Below, in pieces: positions 19,323 to 31,923 of a stretch of DNA of 55,015 nucleotides. Numbering within the stretch: position 1 is the first letter of the stretch; each line of letters starts with the position of its first letter. The position numbers and the translations under genes are program-made. Location of the stretch: positions 1 through 55,015 of the IMG/VR virus record IMGVR_UViG_3300023179_000134. One strand, 5' to 3'. This DNA comes from a virus (Duplodnaviria > Caudoviricetes). Under the pieces are notes generated by a model. The model saw only the letters and a program-made list of their open reading frames with translations. It did no database searches and had not been told where the DNA came from.

Positions 19323-19805
19323 GTGGCTACTATAAAAGTACAATCTATTGCCGAACCAAGTAAGACAGAAAGCGATTTCTTATATACTGATTTAAGATTA
19401 GACTTACAGTTAGACTATACAAGAAACAATGAATTTTTAAAAAGAAAAGAAATTAAAGATTTAAAAATAGATTATGATTATGCTGCAGTAAAAAATTCTA
19501 TTTTTAATTTGTTTACTACAATCCCTGGTCAGCGCATTTTAAACCCTTATTTTGGTCTTGGCCTACAAAAGTATTTGTTTAATCCTGTTGATGAAGATAT
19601 TGCCCGCTTGATCGGTAACGACATATTAAGAGGATTAACAAGATTTGAACCAAGAGTGAGAACTAATAGCATAGAAGTTGTTGCAGATGAGCTTAACCAA
19701 GAGTATATAATTACATTAATTATTTCTTTACTAACTATTGACCCTGTAACTGGTTTTAAGCTGGTAGGAATATTAAGTAATTCAGGATTTAACTTTACAA
19801 CATAA
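19323..19805 (+). CDS. Baseplate wedge protein (gp25-like)
   Basis: AVKNSIFNLFTTIPGQRILNPYFG...LFNP...FEPRV. Confidence 0.9.
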   Translation: MATIKVQSIAEPSKTESDFLYTDLRLDLQLDYTRNNEFLKRKEIKDLKIDYDYAAVKNSIFNLFTTIPGQRILNPYFGLGLQKYLFNPVDEDIARLIGNDILRGLTRFEPRVRTNSIEVVADELNQEYIITLIISLLTIDPVTGFKLVGILSNSGFNFTT

Positions 19806-19806
19806 T

Positions 19807-21660
19807 ATGGCAACGTTTAATGACTTTACTCTTTCGAAAGATGGCTATGTAGCATTTGATGCTCTTAGCTTGAAGAGCCTTATTACTACCCGTTTAAATA
19901 CTAATAAAGTTTTTACTGATCAAAATTTTGAAGGTAGTAATCTTTCGTCTCTAATTGATATAATTGCATACGCATATCATGTTTTAATCTTTTATCTTAA
20001 TAGGTCTGCTGCAGAAAGCACCTTTACAACTGCAGAATTATACGAAAACATTAATAAGATAGTAAAAATTTTAAATTATAATCCTATAGGCAATCAAACC
20101 TCTATATTATCTTTTTTAGCTACAGGGCTCGCTTCCCTCCCCGCTAATACCTATACTATTCCAAGATATTCTTATTTTACTATTAACGGTGCATCATATT
20201 CTTTTAATCAAGATGTAACTTTTTCGAAAAATACCGCAGATAACGAAGTATTAACCAACTTACAAGAAAGTAATTTATTGTATCAAGGGAGCTACAATGA
20301 ATACCCCACATATATTGCAACAGGCGAACCTTTTGAAATAATTACTATGACATTAGTTAATACAGAAGGTCAAAACGTAATAATAGATCATTTTAATCTT
20401 GATGTTTACGTAAAAGATAGTTTAATTGAAAATGCAACCTGGGAAAAGTGGTCTCCTACTCAGTCTTTATTTTTAGAACGTTCTAACTCTAAGACTTATG
20501 AGGTGAGACTTAATGAAAACGGTAGATATGAATTTAGATTTGGCAATAATGTGACCGGTAAGCAGCTAAATGTTAACGACCAGGTTGCAATTTATTATCT
20601 TAAATCAGAAGGACAGAAAGGTGAGATAGGCCCAGGATTACTTGATAACAGTAAGCTATATTTTTACAATACTAATAGATTCAATCAAATAAAAGCAGAC
20701 ACTACCCCCTCAAACTTAACATTAATTACTGAAGCTCAAGCTAATTCAATATTATTTTCAAATATTGATGCATCTACACCTTTCGTAGAGAGAGAATCAG
20801 TAGATAGTATAAAATTAAATTCTCTTAATACCTTTAGAAGCCAATACAGGTTAATTACATCAGAAGATTTTACTAATTATGTTCTTAAAAATTATAGTAA
20901 TATTATTTCTTCTACGGTAGCTGTAAACAATTGGGATTATATTTCTGGTCACTTAAAATATTTCTTTGACCTTGGTGTTGAAAAGCCTAATTATGAAAGT
21001 AGAATACTGTTTAATCAAGTCAAGTTTGCTGATTCATGTAATTTTAATAACGTTTATATATATGCTGTACCAAAATTAGAAAAACTTACCAGCCTTACTA
21101 CTAGGACAAATTATCTTAATACAGCTCAAAAGCAGCTAATATTAAACGATCTTCAAAAAGTTAAGTTAACTACAGCAGAAGTTATTGTTAATGATCCTGT
21201 TTACATAGCAATAGATTTAGGTGTAAGATTTCCAAGCGAAATTTTATCCCCGTCAATTTCAGATAATACATTTTTAGAAATTCAAAGAGATATTACTGCT
21301 AAGAGAAATCCAGAAGCATTAAAACAGCAAATAGCTCAAATATTTAAAGACTATTTTTCAACGCTAAAAGACAATCTAGGCTTAACAATAAGTTTGACTG
21401 ACATTACAAATCAGATCTTAGCTATTGAGGGTGTAAAAGGTATAAACACAGTTAGAACAGAAGGAGATAATACTATCACTATACCAGGTATAAGCTTATT
21501 AATCTATAACCCTGTGTATCCTTTTAACGATATTAGAATTACCACTCAAGATGAGAAATTACCCTATTTTAAATTTCCATTTTTAAATAACCCGCTTGAC
21601 TTTAAAGATAAAATTAATGTCATAACGCCATCTATACAGACATTACAACGTGAGTTTTAA
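19807..21660 (+). CDS. Baseplate wedge protein (gp6-like)
   Basis: FTDQNFEGSNLSSLIDIIAY, YEFRFGNNVTGK and RLITSEDF motifs; follows gp25. Confidence 0.88.
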   Translation: MATFNDFTLSKDGYVAFDALSLKSLITTRLNTNKVFTDQNFEGSNLSSLIDIIAYAYHVLIFYLNRSAAESTFTTAELYENINKIVKILNYNPIGNQTSILSFLATGLASLPANTYTIPRYSYFTINGASYSFNQDVTFSKNTADNEVLTNLQESNLLYQGSYNEYPTYIATGEPFEIITMTLVNTEGQNVIIDHFNLDVYVKDSLIENATWEKWSPTQSLFLERSNSKTYEVRLNENGRYEFRFGNNVTGKQLNVNDQVAIYYLKSEGQKGEIGPGLLDNSKLYFYNTNRFNQIKADTTPSNLTLITEAQANSILFSNIDASTPFVERESVDSIKLNSLNTFRSQYRLITSEDFTNYVLKNYSNIISSTVAVNNWDYISGHLKYFFDLGVEKPNYESRILFNQVKFADSCNFNNVYIYAVPKLEKLTSLTTRTNYLNTAQKQLILNDLQKVKLTTAEVIVNDPVYIAIDLGVRFPSEILSPSISDNTFLEIQRDITAKRNPEALKQQIAQIFKDYFSTLKDNLGLTISLTDITNQILAIEGVKGINTVRTEGDNTITIPGISLLIYNPVYPFNDIRITTQDEKLPYFKFPFLNNPLDFKDKINVITPSIQTLQREF

Positions 21661-21662
21661 TA

Positions 21663-24600
21663 ATGGCTAATTTTGTAAATTATACTTATGTATATTTCTA
21701 CGTTACTAATTATACAGGGACAAATTCGTTAACTTCCTATACATTACCTAATACCCCATTAACCTTTTATCCTGATTTCACTACTTCTGCTATTTTAACA
21801 GCTACAGATAATATTTCAAACAAGATTATAAGATGGGATTTTGGTGATGGTACTTTTTCTAATCAATTAACCGCTACTCATCAATATGAGTGGCCTGGTG
21901 AATATAGCGTTAGATTAACTGTTTACGATAAACAAGGTAATAGTTTTGATAGTTCTTACAGACCGGTTGTAAAAATATATGATTATGTCTACGATCAATT
22001 ACAATTTAAGGATTATATTAAATTTATATATGACGTACCTGCTAGCAAAATTCAAGATCCATTAATTATCGAACGTCAGAATAGTTGGCAGTCATACAGA
22101 GCTTTAAGCGCTACTGGCTACACACTTAATTTATATGCTTCTGGGGCTAACGGTCAATATCAAAATATAGATAATTTTTATGATGATAAATGGTCTCATT
22201 TAAGAGCTCTAAGCAGATTTTATATTAAAGCAAAAATAGGGGACAATTTTGAATTTCAATCTGTTGATACTGTTAAAACATCTAATGAAGAAATTTATGT
22301 GCGTTTAAACAAAAATAAATTAGACCTTTGCAAAAAAAATGATTTAGGAGCAGTTTTAGCAGGAACAAAAGGCACAGCAGAGATTTATTATGTTGACGAT
22401 GTAGCCAAAAACTTTACAACACGCGAGCCTCCTATATTTGTGTTTGCTACTTTTGATAGTTCTAAATTTGAAGATTGGTATTCTATTCAACATAACTCAT
22501 TTCCTACTATAAATTACCCACCTTATGGTTTTCAAAACTTAAAACCCGCAGTACTTCCAATTATTAAAGTACGTCATAATGAGGCAACTAGACTGTCTAT
22601 TACTACAACTGGTATAGATGGTGAAGGTTATTTATCTGCTACTAATTTTAACATGCCTGAAATAAGCTGGCAAAATACAGAAATACCTTTTGTAGTGCGT
22701 ATGAAAGATAGGGATAATTTTACAACTAAGACTTATCCGCCATTATCCTCTTCAACAATAAATACATCTCTATCTACTCTTACTGCTTTTGATGTCAAAC
22801 TAGGAGTAATAAGGCAAGACAATACAGGTTTTAAACCTGTTAGTACTATAAAATTCTACGAAGACTTTAATTCTGAAATACCTCAAAGCATAGGTGCATT
22901 TTACAAAGGATACTTTGTTTCGCCTGAGACGACTTATAATTGTAAGCTAACTGCACAAATGACAATAGTCGACCCGCTAAATTTTCCGAAAGACTCTCTT
23001 ATAGGCTGGATAGCTGCACCTCAATATAACAAACTTTTAAGATTTTTTAGACAACAAATTTATAGTAACTGTCCAGGTTATTTGGTAGTTAATATTTCTG
23101 CTTCACGTCAGTATTTTAATTCTTATGAAAATAGAAACGTATATGCCATACAAGTAGCTCCTTCTGGTAACGGCCCAGGTAAAGATTATGAAACATGGTT
23201 CGCTGATGGTACTAGCGATAGAGTTTTTAAATTCAATGCTGAGGGTAATATTTTATTAGATATTCCACTTAATAATGCACCGACTTTACAGGGAACAACT
23301 GTTTCAAATGTTAATTACCTATCTCCTTCATTAAATAGTGCAGCTCCAGGCAGTATTACTTTGGATAGAAATGCTGATGTATGGGTAGCGTTGTTTGATT
23401 CTGTGTCTTGTATAAAAATAGACAGTACTTTTGGGTATGTAAAAGCAGTTGCATACCCACCATACAATAATATTGTTTTTAGTCTTAGTTCAAGTTATAA
23501 TCTACCTCAATTAAGTGGATTTGCTGGTGAAAATCTCTTATTACCGTCATCTGTTGATACAGATAGAGAAGATAATTTATGGGTTTCATATACTCACCCC
23601 GCATCCAACTTTTTAATAAAATATGATAAAAACGGTAACTATTTATTTACTGTTGATATGCCTACATTACATTCTCCTGTAGAAATAGTGGTAGATAGAA
23701 ATAGATTTGTGTGGCTCAGTACATATAATCTAACCACAAGCGGAACATCGCTTACAGCAAGAAATGATTATCTTTACAAATTCACATCAACAGGCGCTTT
23801 GGTAAGCGGATACCCGCTATCAGGATTTAAATTTATTGGAAATCTAACTGTTGACGGAAATCAAAATGCATGGGTTGTGCATAATAGGGACACTGTTACT
23901 CGAGTTAGCGGTGAAGATGGTACACGTACAGATTATATTGCAGGTTCAGGTAATTTTACTAGTTATGTAGGTAGTATTGGTGGAATAGCAGTAGATACTA
24001 GTTCTTATTGCTGGGTCATTAATAATATAGATCAGAGATTATATTTTATTGATACGTTATTACCACCTGCGTCTGCTCTTGATGATTATGAATATATAGA
24101 TTTAGAGTATCCACCTACCACACCAAGTAATGATCCATCTACTTTTGAAGATAAGCAATTGCAAGCCTATGGAGATTGGCTAGGAAGCAGATGGATTAAT
24201 AAACATATGCTAGCAGAAACCACAACAAGAGTAATTACAGGTGAATCAACTCTATTCAATATTTATCCGCTTTCAGGTGTTTATAATATTCAAAAAATTA
24301 ATGAAGATTTTGATGCTGAACAATTCTATAAGAGTTTTATATTTACAGAAAACTTAGAAGATAAAAAAATATTTTTTGATGACTTTTTAGGAACAATAGT
24401 AGGCGACAAAAACGCAATGCCATATGAATTAGGTAAAACTGTTTACGAAAAAATAGCTAATTATGTTAGTAATACTGCAGATATTGATATATGTAATCTA
24501 GATCAGCTACTTTCTTTTTGTGATGAGCTATCCGTACAGTTTGAACAATACAATTACCCGTTCCCACCGCAACTATTAAGGTTAATAAATATTCTTTCTA

Positions 24601-25094
24601 TAAAGCACAAAAAATTATGGGGTGATTTAAATCAATATGATATTTTATTTTTAAGAGATTCGTCAAAATTAACTGAGTATTCGACTTTAACCAGTTCAAT
24701 CTCTTGCGGATATCCTTTAGTAGCTAGAGAAATATTTTCAGACATCTATACTGTAGTTAACAGTAATATTATACAAGGTTTTAACTACGGCTACGTATTA
24801 CCTTTATCAAATTATACTGTAGATTGGGGCTGGGGATTAGTAGCTCCTACGGGGTTATCAGGTTATAGAATTTCTGATTATTATAAATTTTACGAATATA
24901 AACCTATATTAGATACAAAATATTATAATAATGTGATAGATTGGGATAACTCTTCTAATACCCTATCATTTACAAATAGCTCATTTAATGATTGGAAGAA
25001 AGATAATGGTATTATGCAAAATATATTAAGCTATGAATTAACTAAAGGATTAAGGTTGTTTTTAAGCGGTAGTAACATCGTATATAACAATTAA
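21663..25094 (+). CDS. Large baseplate/tail protein with N-terminal PKD domain and beta-propeller repeats
   Basis: WDFGDG...HQYEWPGEYSVRLTV (PKD). Repeated D-x-x-x-x-x-W blades (DRNADVW, DREDNLW, DGNQNAW). Confidence 0.65.
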   Translation: MANFVNYTYVYFYVTNYTGTNSLTSYTLPNTPLTFYPDFTTSAILTATDNISNKIIRWDFGDGTFSNQLTATHQYEWPGEYSVRLTVYDKQGNSFDSSYRPVVKIYDYVYDQLQFKDYIKFIYDVPASKIQDPLIIERQNSWQSYRALSATGYTLNLYASGANGQYQNIDNFYDDKWSHLRALSRFYIKAKIGDNFEFQSVDTVKTSNEEIYVRLNKNKLDLCKKNDLGAVLAGTKGTAEIYYVDDVAKNFTTREPPIFVFATFDSSKFEDWYSIQHNSFPTINYPPYGFQNLKPAVLPIIKVRHNEATRLSITTTGIDGEGYLSATNFNMPEISWQNTEIPFVVRMKDRDNFTTKTYPPLSSSTINTSLSTLTAFDVKLGVIRQDNTGFKPVSTIKFYEDFNSEIPQSIGAFYKGYFVSPETTYNCKLTAQMTIVDPLNFPKDSLIGWIAAPQYNKLLRFFRQQIYSNCPGYLVVNISASRQYFNSYENRNVYAIQVAPSGNGPGKDYETWFADGTSDRVFKFNAEGNILLDIPLNNAPTLQGTTVSNVNYLSPSLNSAAPGSITLDRNADVWVALFDSVSCIKIDSTFGYVKAVAYPPYNNIVFSLSSSYNLPQLSGFAGENLLLPSSVDTDREDNLWVSYTHPASNFLIKYDKNGNYLFTVDMPTLHSPVEIVVDRNRFVWLSTYNLTTSGTSLTARNDYLYKFTSTGALVSGYPLSGFKFIGNLTVDGNQNAWVVHNRDTVTRVSGEDGTRTDYIAGSGNFTSYVGSIGGIAVDTSSYCWVINNIDQRLYFIDTLLPPASALDDYEYIDLEYPPTTPSNDPSTFEDKQLQAYGDWLGSRWINKHMLAETTTRVITGESTLFNIYPLSGVYNIQKINEDFDAEQFYKSFIFTENLEDKKIFFDDFLGTIVGDKNAMPYELGKTVYEKIANYVSNTADIDICNLDQLLSFCDELSVQFEQYNYPFPPQLLRLINILSIKHKKLWGDLNQYDILFLRDSSKLTEYSTLTSSISCGYPLVAREIFSDIYTVVNSNIIQGFNYGYVLPLSNYTVDWGWGLVAPTGLSGYRISDYYKFYEYKPILDTKYYNNVIDWDNSSNTLSFTNSSFNDWKKDNGIMQNILSYELTKGLRLFLSGSNIVYNN

Positions 25095-25102
25095 ATACTT
25101 AA

Positions 25103-28100
25103 ATGGTAGGTAATAATAGATATATAGATGAGAAGCTATCGGTTTCTATTACCTCTTTGGTATCCCCAGAAAACCCTGTAGACGAAATATCACCACTTTC
25201 TTTTCAAGATTGGCTAAAATATAACAATGCGTTGTTTACTAACGCAGATGACTTTTTAACCAGATATCAATCTTATCTAAACAATTGGTATGAAATTAAA
25301 AATACTTCTAAACCTGAGCAGGTGGCTATTACTAAATCACTTTACACTTTACTTATAAATGAAATAGTACTTTCCTTTACTTCAACAGATGAGAGAAGAT
25401 TTTTAAAAAATATTGATTTTAATAATAACAGAGACCTCGCCGTTGCAGTACCTTTTTTTGCAAAGAAGATTAAAGATATATGCTTATACTATAGTACATT
25501 ACGCGATGATGTAAAAACCTCCACTGTTCAATACAATCTTAAAGGATCTATATACGGTACAAAAAATTTAATATATAATCAAATTTCAAAATCATTAGAA
25601 ACTGAAGATTTAACCGATTTAATAAGAACCCTCAATATTTCTCTATCTGATATTCGTAACAATATGGTTGTGGATATAGAAGAATTATATGATATTAATC
25701 AAAACTACTATGATGTAAGCCCTTATCTGCCTGCTTCTGCATATGATGTTACAGATGGCGAACGAAAAAACTATTTTTCGTTTAATCAATATGATGTTGA
25801 TCCGGGATTATTTTTAAATTTTAATCAAACTATAATAAGCGCAATTACTTCATATCCTTTTTTTGCTATAGAGCTAGGTATAAACAATTTTTCTATAGAT
25901 TTACCTAACCTATCTTCAACCGACTTGCAGTACCTTAAAGATAGTGATTTTATTAATACTGTTAATACTGAAAATCAAAATAATTTAAATTTAAATGTAA
26001 AGTCTAATTTAATTACAAAATTTCTAGGAACAGATTTTTACTATATATCTACTAACTCTACCGGGGTAGATTATCTTTCAGGTAAATTATTCTCTGCTGA
26101 TAATAAATTCGCAAATTACATAAACAAACGGTACCCTACGGTAGCAGCCATACCATCTATCGATTTTACAAGGTCTGCTAAAGATATAGGGTTATTTTTT
26201 AAACCTGATAAAATTGGATTATCTAACTTTTATAGCTTTGGCTTAGCAACTACTATAAGCAAATCACGTTTAAGCGCAGATACAATTTATATATTTCCTG
26301 ATCCTAGTATTTACGGTGATATTACAAGCTTAACTGAGGAAGAATTTAATTCACCGATAATTTATACTGACCTTTCATACCTAACAAAAACAGATTTTTC
26401 AAATCAGTATAAATTTGGTGATTCTGTAAGCAGTCCTTATTTTCAAACATTACGAGCATATCAAGCAAGAGAGCAATCTTTAGGGATAGGCCTACAAGGG
26501 CTTTCTAGATATACAGACCCTCAAGATTTTTTCGAAGGATATAAAAAGAGCGTTTGGTCTAATAAAGACGTATTTCCTATTATTCCTCAAAATTTGTTTC
26601 CATTAGATAACAGAATTGAAAAACTATATTCAATAAACAAAACTATTACGCAATCAAAAAGTGATATTTACGGGAACGATTATGTATTGTATAAAGATGT
26701 TCATCCTAATAAACAGCTTTCAAATACACCTTCAAACCAAGGCGGTATAAAAATATATTATTGTACAACTATAGATGGTCATGTTTTTTATGATGCTGTT
26801 TCAGGATATAATTTTGATTATACTGTTTACGACCCAACTAAAAACTATACAGGCATTTTATTAAAAACCACAACTAATATTCCACCCGGTACGGGGTATT
26901 ATGTACAAGGCCCTAACTATCTTACGCCATCACCTCTGTCTGCATCGATGTATGATAATGGTATACCAGAGTTTACTCTCCCCGCACTAACTGCAATCAT
27001 AGTTTCTTATAGGTTTCAACCAGATACATTTTGCCCAGATGAAATATTGGTAAAATTTGACTGTAAAGTGATGGATGGTGAAACCTTTGTTTCACCTGTT
27101 AGCGGTCTCCTGCCTGATACTTCTTCTGATGAACCAACTTTTGACCCAACCATCGCAAACGTTTATTATGGTGAATTAGCTGATGGTGGAGTAAATGCTC
27201 AAGGGCCAGGATTTAGAGCGAATTTTATTTATCCAGGCGAATATACCTTTACGCCACCTACCTCTGTATTTAAAATTGTAGATGGTAGTATTTTTGCCTA
27301 CAATAGCGCTTCTCCTTGCGGTGATGAAAATGCATTTTCTGTTTCTTATATCGAAAAGAGTAATTTTATGAATTATAAAATACCTTTCAGAGATACACAA
27401 GTTATAGAAGGGTTATCTGGAATAGAAAATAAGAGAACTATATATGAAACTAATTTTATAGATTTTGGAAATTTATATTATAGAAATTCAAATTCTTCTA
27501 TAATAGGGCCTGCATCAGCTGCACTCAGCGGTATGTTTTTAAAATATAGCCCAGAGATAATTAACGAACTAAACAATAAACTAATTAATTTTGACATATT
27601 GTATGATACTATAGTATTTGAAACAGAAAATTATGTTTTAGCAGATAAAATAGTTTTTGATTATGAGCAAAATAAAAATATAGACATAACTAAAAATGAT
27701 TGTTATTTTAAGAGGGGTAATCATACGGAGTTAGAGAAAATTTCTACTGTTTGGTACAATGAGGATATAGACACGCTATTCTTCTGTAAAACTAGGTTAT
27801 ATAATGTATTAAGCGCTACTAATTATAAAATTATATATCCTGAAATTTATGCTATAAATTCTTCTAATTTAACTTTTAATAAAATATATCCACAAGTTAA
27901 TAATAATGAATTAACTTTTGATTATCTAAAAATGTTTTCTCTATCCGGCAGCGATATAGAAGTTAATATAATAAAAATTGATAAACCATTATTTAATTAT
28001 AATAACGAAACCGGTCTTTATACTATAACTTGGCTAGGCAAAGATATTGCAAACAGTTTTTATGTTTATAAGACATTCTTTAAATACATTAACGGTGTTA

Positions 28101-28246
28101 TAACTAATATAAGCAATTCTATGTTTAAGTTATTACCTAATGTCTTTACAGTCAATTTTACTGGCGCGCTTTCCTCCTACTATGCTACACAAAGTATTGC
28201 TGGGCCTGTAGGCCAAAACATAAACGGAGTATTTACCTTTAATTAA
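25103..28246 (+). CDS. Large virion structural protein, function unknown
   Basis: 1047-aa ORF with TAAATA upstream, inside the baseplate/appendage cluster. Confidence 0.55.
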   Translation: MVGNNRYIDEKLSVSITSLVSPENPVDEISPLSFQDWLKYNNALFTNADDFLTRYQSYLNNWYEIKNTSKPEQVAITKSLYTLLINEIVLSFTSTDERRFLKNIDFNNNRDLAVAVPFFAKKIKDICLYYSTLRDDVKTSTVQYNLKGSIYGTKNLIYNQISKSLETEDLTDLIRTLNISLSDIRNNMVVDIEELYDINQNYYDVSPYLPASAYDVTDGERKNYFSFNQYDVDPGLFLNFNQTIISAITSYPFFAIELGINNFSIDLPNLSSTDLQYLKDSDFINTVNTENQNNLNLNVKSNLITKFLGTDFYYISTNSTGVDYLSGKLFSADNKFANYINKRYPTVAAIPSIDFTRSAKDIGLFFKPDKIGLSNFYSFGLATTISKSRLSADTIYIFPDPSIYGDITSLTEEEFNSPIIYTDLSYLTKTDFSNQYKFGDSVSSPYFQTLRAYQAREQSLGIGLQGLSRYTDPQDFFEGYKKSVWSNKDVFPIIPQNLFPLDNRIEKLYSINKTITQSKSDIYGNDYVLYKDVHPNKQLSNTPSNQGGIKIYYCTTIDGHVFYDAVSGYNFDYTVYDPTKNYTGILLKTTTNIPPGTGYYVQGPNYLTPSPLSASMYDNGIPEFTLPALTAIIVSYRFQPDTFCPDEILVKFDCKVMDGETFVSPVSGLLPDTSSDEPTFDPTIANVYYGELADGGVNAQGPGFRANFIYPGEYTFTPPTSVFKIVDGSIFAYNSASPCGDENAFSVSYIEKSNFMNYKIPFRDTQVIEGLSGIENKRTIYETNFIDFGNLYYRNSNSSIIGPASAALSGMFLKYSPEIINELNNKLINFDILYDTIVFETENYVLADKIVFDYEQNKNIDITKNDCYFKRGNHTELEKISTVWYNEDIDTLFFCKTRLYNVLSATNYKIIYPEIYAINSSNLTFNKIYPQVNNNELTFDYLKMFSLSGSDIEVNIIKIDKPLFNYNNETGLYTITWLGKDIANSFYVYKTFFKYINGVITNISNSMFKLLPNVFTVNFTGALSSYYATQSIAGPVGQNINGVFTFN

Positions 28247-28247
28247 T

Positions 28248-30614
28248 ATGCCTACATTTTATCATGCAACTTCAGCTGATAGAGCTTCTGTGCTCTATGA
28301 CTACAAGACCATAGATACTTCTAAAGATATTGTATTTTCTTTTGATTATAATTGTTCAGGCGCTGGTCTTTCTGGTATAGATGGGTTTAGTTTATTTCTC
28401 ACCGAAAGTATTTCAGGACCCGTTGGCGGCGCTATTGGACCAGGTCTTGGCGTTACTTCTTTAAGCGCACTGTCAAATGTTAATTGTTTTACTAACCCTT
28501 TCCCGCCATTCGATATTATTTGTATAGGTACACCGGTATTATACGGCGGTGCAGAAAATAGTGTTCTTGCTATTGGATTTGATATAAGCGGAAGATTTGG
28601 GTCAGGAAACTATTACGGTCTTACTGGCCCTAGCGAAGAAGTGCCCAATACTATTTCTCTTAGAAGCGGTAAAGCCCAGAATTATGAATTTTTATACAAA
28701 ACCCCTCCGCTACACACATCTGCATTTGAAGAGCCTTTTTATCTTTATTCTACTCAAACAACAGGGTACAATACATTTAGAGCAAGACTAACTAACTTAG
28801 GTAAGACAATAATTTTGGATCACAAAATAGGTGAGGGTAAATATAATAATATATTTAAACAGAATATCCCCTACGATTTACCGCAATATATTTATGGCTG
28901 TATAGGGTTCAGTACAAACATTGATAAAGACACTATTAATTTAAGAGTTAAAAATTTTCATGAAAACGGGTTTTTTGTTACCCCTACAGTAACACCGTCG
29001 TTTACACCTACTGTTACCCCTACACCAACAGTAACACCTACCAAGACAGTAACACCTTCAGTAACGCCTTCAAATACAGTTACACCATCTATTACGCCTT
29101 CGAATACAGTTACACCATCTATTACGCCTTCGAATACGGTAACGCCTTCTATCACCCCTTCGAATACAGTTACACCATCTATTACGCCTTCGAATACGGT
29201 AACGCCTTCTATAACCCCTTCGAATACACCCACTAATTCTGAAACACCTACAAACACGCCTACACCTACGGAAACACCTACAAGAACACCTACAGCAACA
29301 GTTACAGTAACACCTACATTTACCCCAACTAATACTAGAACACCTACAGTGACACCTACATTTACTCCAACTAATACTAGAACACCTACAGTAACGCCAA
29401 CAAATACAAGAACACCCACTGTTACACCTACTGTTACACCATCTACAACTAAGATTAACTACAAGATGTATCCCTCCGATCAAACTAATATTATTATTAA
29501 TGATAATACAGTGGCAACGCCTTACCCGGTTGAATTTACTGTGTCAGGCATTACTAGAATAGTAGAAAAAGTAACTATTAAATTGCTTGATTATAATCAT
29601 CAATTTACAGGTGATGTAGCTATGTTACTAGTAGCTCCAAATGGCATATCAACTATTATTGCTGGAAGAGTTGGTGAAGATTCAGCTATTAATGTAAATG
29701 TAATGTTAGATCAAGACGCAAGTCAGCCCTGGAACGGATATACCTCAGGTACCTTTAAGCCTAATACAACCGCTGATGACTTCCCATTTGATAATATTAA
29801 TGGTTGCCCGGTAGGTCCTTATAATACTTCTCTAGATGCATTCTTCTATATGTCGCCTGGCGATGCTAACGGTACATGGAAGCTATATATTCAGGACTTT
29901 GCACCGGTAGATAGCGGTACAATGCAAAGTGCGCAATTATATCTATATCAAGTTTCACCATTTGCTTCACCAACACCTACAGCCACACCTACAAAGACAC
30001 CTACAGTAACACCGACTATTACACCTACGTTCCCATTACCTTCTAACAGCGCTACACCTACAGTAACACCTTCTCCTACAGTAACCCCTTCAATAACAGT
30101 TACACAATCCAATATAGATTATGTCTCTTACCCTTCATCTACAACTAATTTAATAATTATAGATGAAAGCATTGCATCGCCGTACCCCCTCGACTTTAAT
30201 GTATCAGGATTAGTCGGTACATATTCGAAGGTCACAGTTCAGCTTAGTGGATATTATCACGACTTTACAGAGGACGTAGTAATGCTTCTTGTTTCGCCAA
30301 CTAACACTACTTGCTTATTAGCAGGTAGAATAGGATTAAATTCTGCTATTGACACTTATGTAACTCTTGATCAGTATGCTGGTACGCCATGGGACGGGTA
30401 CAGCTCTGGATACTATAGGACCAACAGTACTTCAAATACATTTGCAATGAGTAGTAATAACGGCTGCCCTTCAGGCCCTTATAATACATCACTTTCAGTC
30501 TATAATAATATTAATGCAGCAAATGCTAACGGTACATGGAAGCTATATATTCAAGATTTTGCATTTAGTGACACCGGTAGTTTGTATAACGCTACATTAA
30601 GATTTCACAAATAA
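28248..30614 (+). CDS. Mucin-like appendage protein: lectin-like beta-sandwich, Thr/Pro stalk and two P-domain-like (proprotein convertase P) modules
   Basis: N-terminal DGFSLFL...GPGLG...LAIGFD (L-type lectin-like). TPTVTP tracts. Two copies of [15 protein letters not shown]. Confidence 0.65.
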   Translation: MPTFYHATSADRASVLYDYKTIDTSKDIVFSFDYNCSGAGLSGIDGFSLFLTESISGPVGGAIGPGLGVTSLSALSNVNCFTNPFPPFDIICIGTPVLYGGAENSVLAIGFDISGRFGSGNYYGLTGPSEEVPNTISLRSGKAQNYEFLYKTPPLHTSAFEEPFYLYSTQTTGYNTFRARLTNLGKTIILDHKIGEGKYNNIFKQNIPYDLPQYIYGCIGFSTNIDKDTINLRVKNFHENGFFVTPTVTPSFTPTVTPTPTVTPTKTVTPSVTPSNTVTPSITPSNTVTPSITPSNTVTPSITPSNTVTPSITPSNTVTPSITPSNTPTNSETPTNTPTPTETPTRTPTATVTVTPTFTPTNTRTPTVTPTFTPTNTRTPTVTPTNTRTPTVTPTVTPSTTKINYKMYPSDQTNIIINDNTVATPYPVEFTVSGITRIVEKVTIKLLDYNHQFTGDVAMLLVAPNGISTIIAGRVGEDSAINVNVMLDQDASQPWNGYTSGTFKPNTTADDFPFDNINGCPVGPYNTSLDAFFYMSPGDANGTWKLYIQDFAPVDSGTMQSAQLYLYQVSPFASPTPTATPTKTPTVTPTITPTFPLPSNSATPTVTPSPTVTPSITVTQSNIDYVSYPSSTTNLIIIDESIASPYPLDFNVSGLVGTYSKVTVQLSGYYHDFTEDVVMLLVSPTNTTCLLAGRIGLNSAIDTYVTLDQYAGTPWDGYSSGYYRTNSTSNTFAMSSNNGCPSGPYNTSLSVYNNINAANANGTWKLYIQDFAFSDTGSLYNATLRFHK
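29067..29227 (+). repeat. 30-bp tandem repeat (about 5.3 copies) encoding [10 protein letters not shown]
   Basis: Unit ccttcgaatacagttacaccatctattacg, with synonymous variants. Confidence 0.9.
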
Positions 30615-30620
30615 AAAATA

Positions 30621-30648
30621 TTGATTTAACCGCATTGGTTATTAAAAT
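30621..30648 (+). promoter_or_regulatory. Sigma70-like promoter for the glycosyltransferase operon
   Basis: TTGATT-N16-TAAAAT, ending 6 nt before GTG 30655. Confidence 0.5.
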
Positions 30649-30654
30649 ATTAAA

Positions 30655-31923
30655 GTGAAAAACAGTAAAGACAAGATATTTATTTCTATTGCATCATATA
30701 GAGACCCCCAGCTAGTACCAACTCTTAGAGACTGCGTTGCCAATGCTAAATACCCGGAAAACTTAGCATTTACTATTTGCTGGCAAAAAGACGACAAAGA
30801 GTCTTTAGAAGAATTTGCAAATGACCCTAGAGTACAATATATAGAGATACCTTATAATGAGAGTAAAGGTACGTGCTGGGCTAGAAGCAAAATCCAGGAT
30901 AATTATAACAATGAAAAGTATTATCTTCAGCTAGATAGCCATCATCGTTTTGTAAAAGATTGGGATGAAAAATGTATAGGCATGGTAAAGCAGCTTCAAA
31001 AGAAAGGTCATAAAAAACCTCTCTTAACTGGTTATATTTCTAGTTTTAATCCTGACAACGACCCTGCAGAACGAATTCAAGTACCTTGGAAGATGAATTT
31101 TGATCGGTTTATACCGGAAGGCGCTGTTTTCTTTTTACCTGCATCAATTGACGACTATAAAGAAAGAATAGAGCCGCTACCAGCTCGATTTGTATCTGCG
31201 CATTTTATTTTTACTTTAGGTAAATGGGTAAAAGAAGTGCCCTACGACCCTAACTATTACTTTCATGGTGAAGAGATTAATTTAGCTGTTCGGTCTTATA
31301 CATGGGGATATGATTTATTTCACCCGCATATGGTGATAGCCTGGCATGAATATACTAGAAGAGGCAGAACAAAGCATTGGGACGATGTAAAAGATTGGGG
31401 CGAACTGAATAGGCTGTCACATCTTCGCAATAGAAAGTTATTTGAAATGGATGGTGAAGTTAATGATATTAAATGGGGTAAGTATGGTTTTGGCAAGGCC
31501 AGATCTTTACAAGATTATGAGAAATATTCTGGGCTTTGTTTCAAGAAGCGTGCTGTACAGAGGTGGACACTTGAAAATAAGTTAGCACCGAACCCAAACA
31601 ACGATCTTACACCTGAAGAATATGATAAATCTTTCTTAAAAATCTTTAAGCATTGTATTGATGTGGGATATGATCGTGTGCCTGAGAAAGATTATGACTT
31701 CTGGTGCGTTGCTTTTAAAGATAAAGAAGGTAAAGACGTATATAGAAAAGATGCTGATCGCGCAGAAATTGATAGAATGTTTAACGACCCAGACAAGTAT
31801 TGCAAAATATGGAGAGAGTTTAATGCTGAAGAACTACCTCATAGCTGGATAGTATGGCCCCATAGTGTATCAAAAGGATGGGCTGATCCTATCACTGGTG
31901 TAATTGGTAATAGAGTAAGTTAA
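30655..31923 (+). CDS. GT60/PF11397-like polypeptide N-acetylglucosaminyltransferase
   Basis: IFISIASYRD, YYLQLDSHHRF..DWD, VPYDP..YFHGEE...AVRSYTWGYDLFHP and WHEY, matching the Skp1/mucin GlcNAc-transferase family pattern. Confidence 0.8.
   Translation: MKNSKDKIFISIASYRDPQLVPTLRDCVANAKYPENLAFTICWQKDDKESLEEFANDPRVQYIEIPYNESKGTCWARSKIQDNYNNEKYYLQLDSHHRFVKDWDEKCIGMVKQLQKKGHKKPLLTGYISSFNPDNDPAERIQVPWKMNFDRFIPEGAVFFLPASIDDYKERIEPLPARFVSAHFIFTLGKWVKEVPYDPNYYFHGEEINLAVRSYTWGYDLFHPHMVIAWHEYTRRGRTKHWDDVKDWGELNRLSHLRNRKLFEMDGEVNDIKWGKYGFGKARSLQDYEKYSGLCFKKRAVQRWTLENKLAPNPNNDLTPEEYDKSFLKIFKHCIDVGYDRVPEKDYDFWCVAFKDKEGKDVYRKDADRAEIDRMFNDPDKYCKIWREFNAEELPHSWIVWPHSVSKGWADPITGVIGNRVS

Noticed and set aside
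29067-29227. 30-bp repeats as a possible CRISPR array
   Set aside because: There are no spacers, the repeats are in-frame coding with synonymous variation, and no cas genes are present.
29863-30553. Duplicated segment as a diversity-generating retroelement TR/VR pair
   Set aside because: There is no reverse transcriptase in the window and the differences are not adenine-specific. This is a domain duplication.
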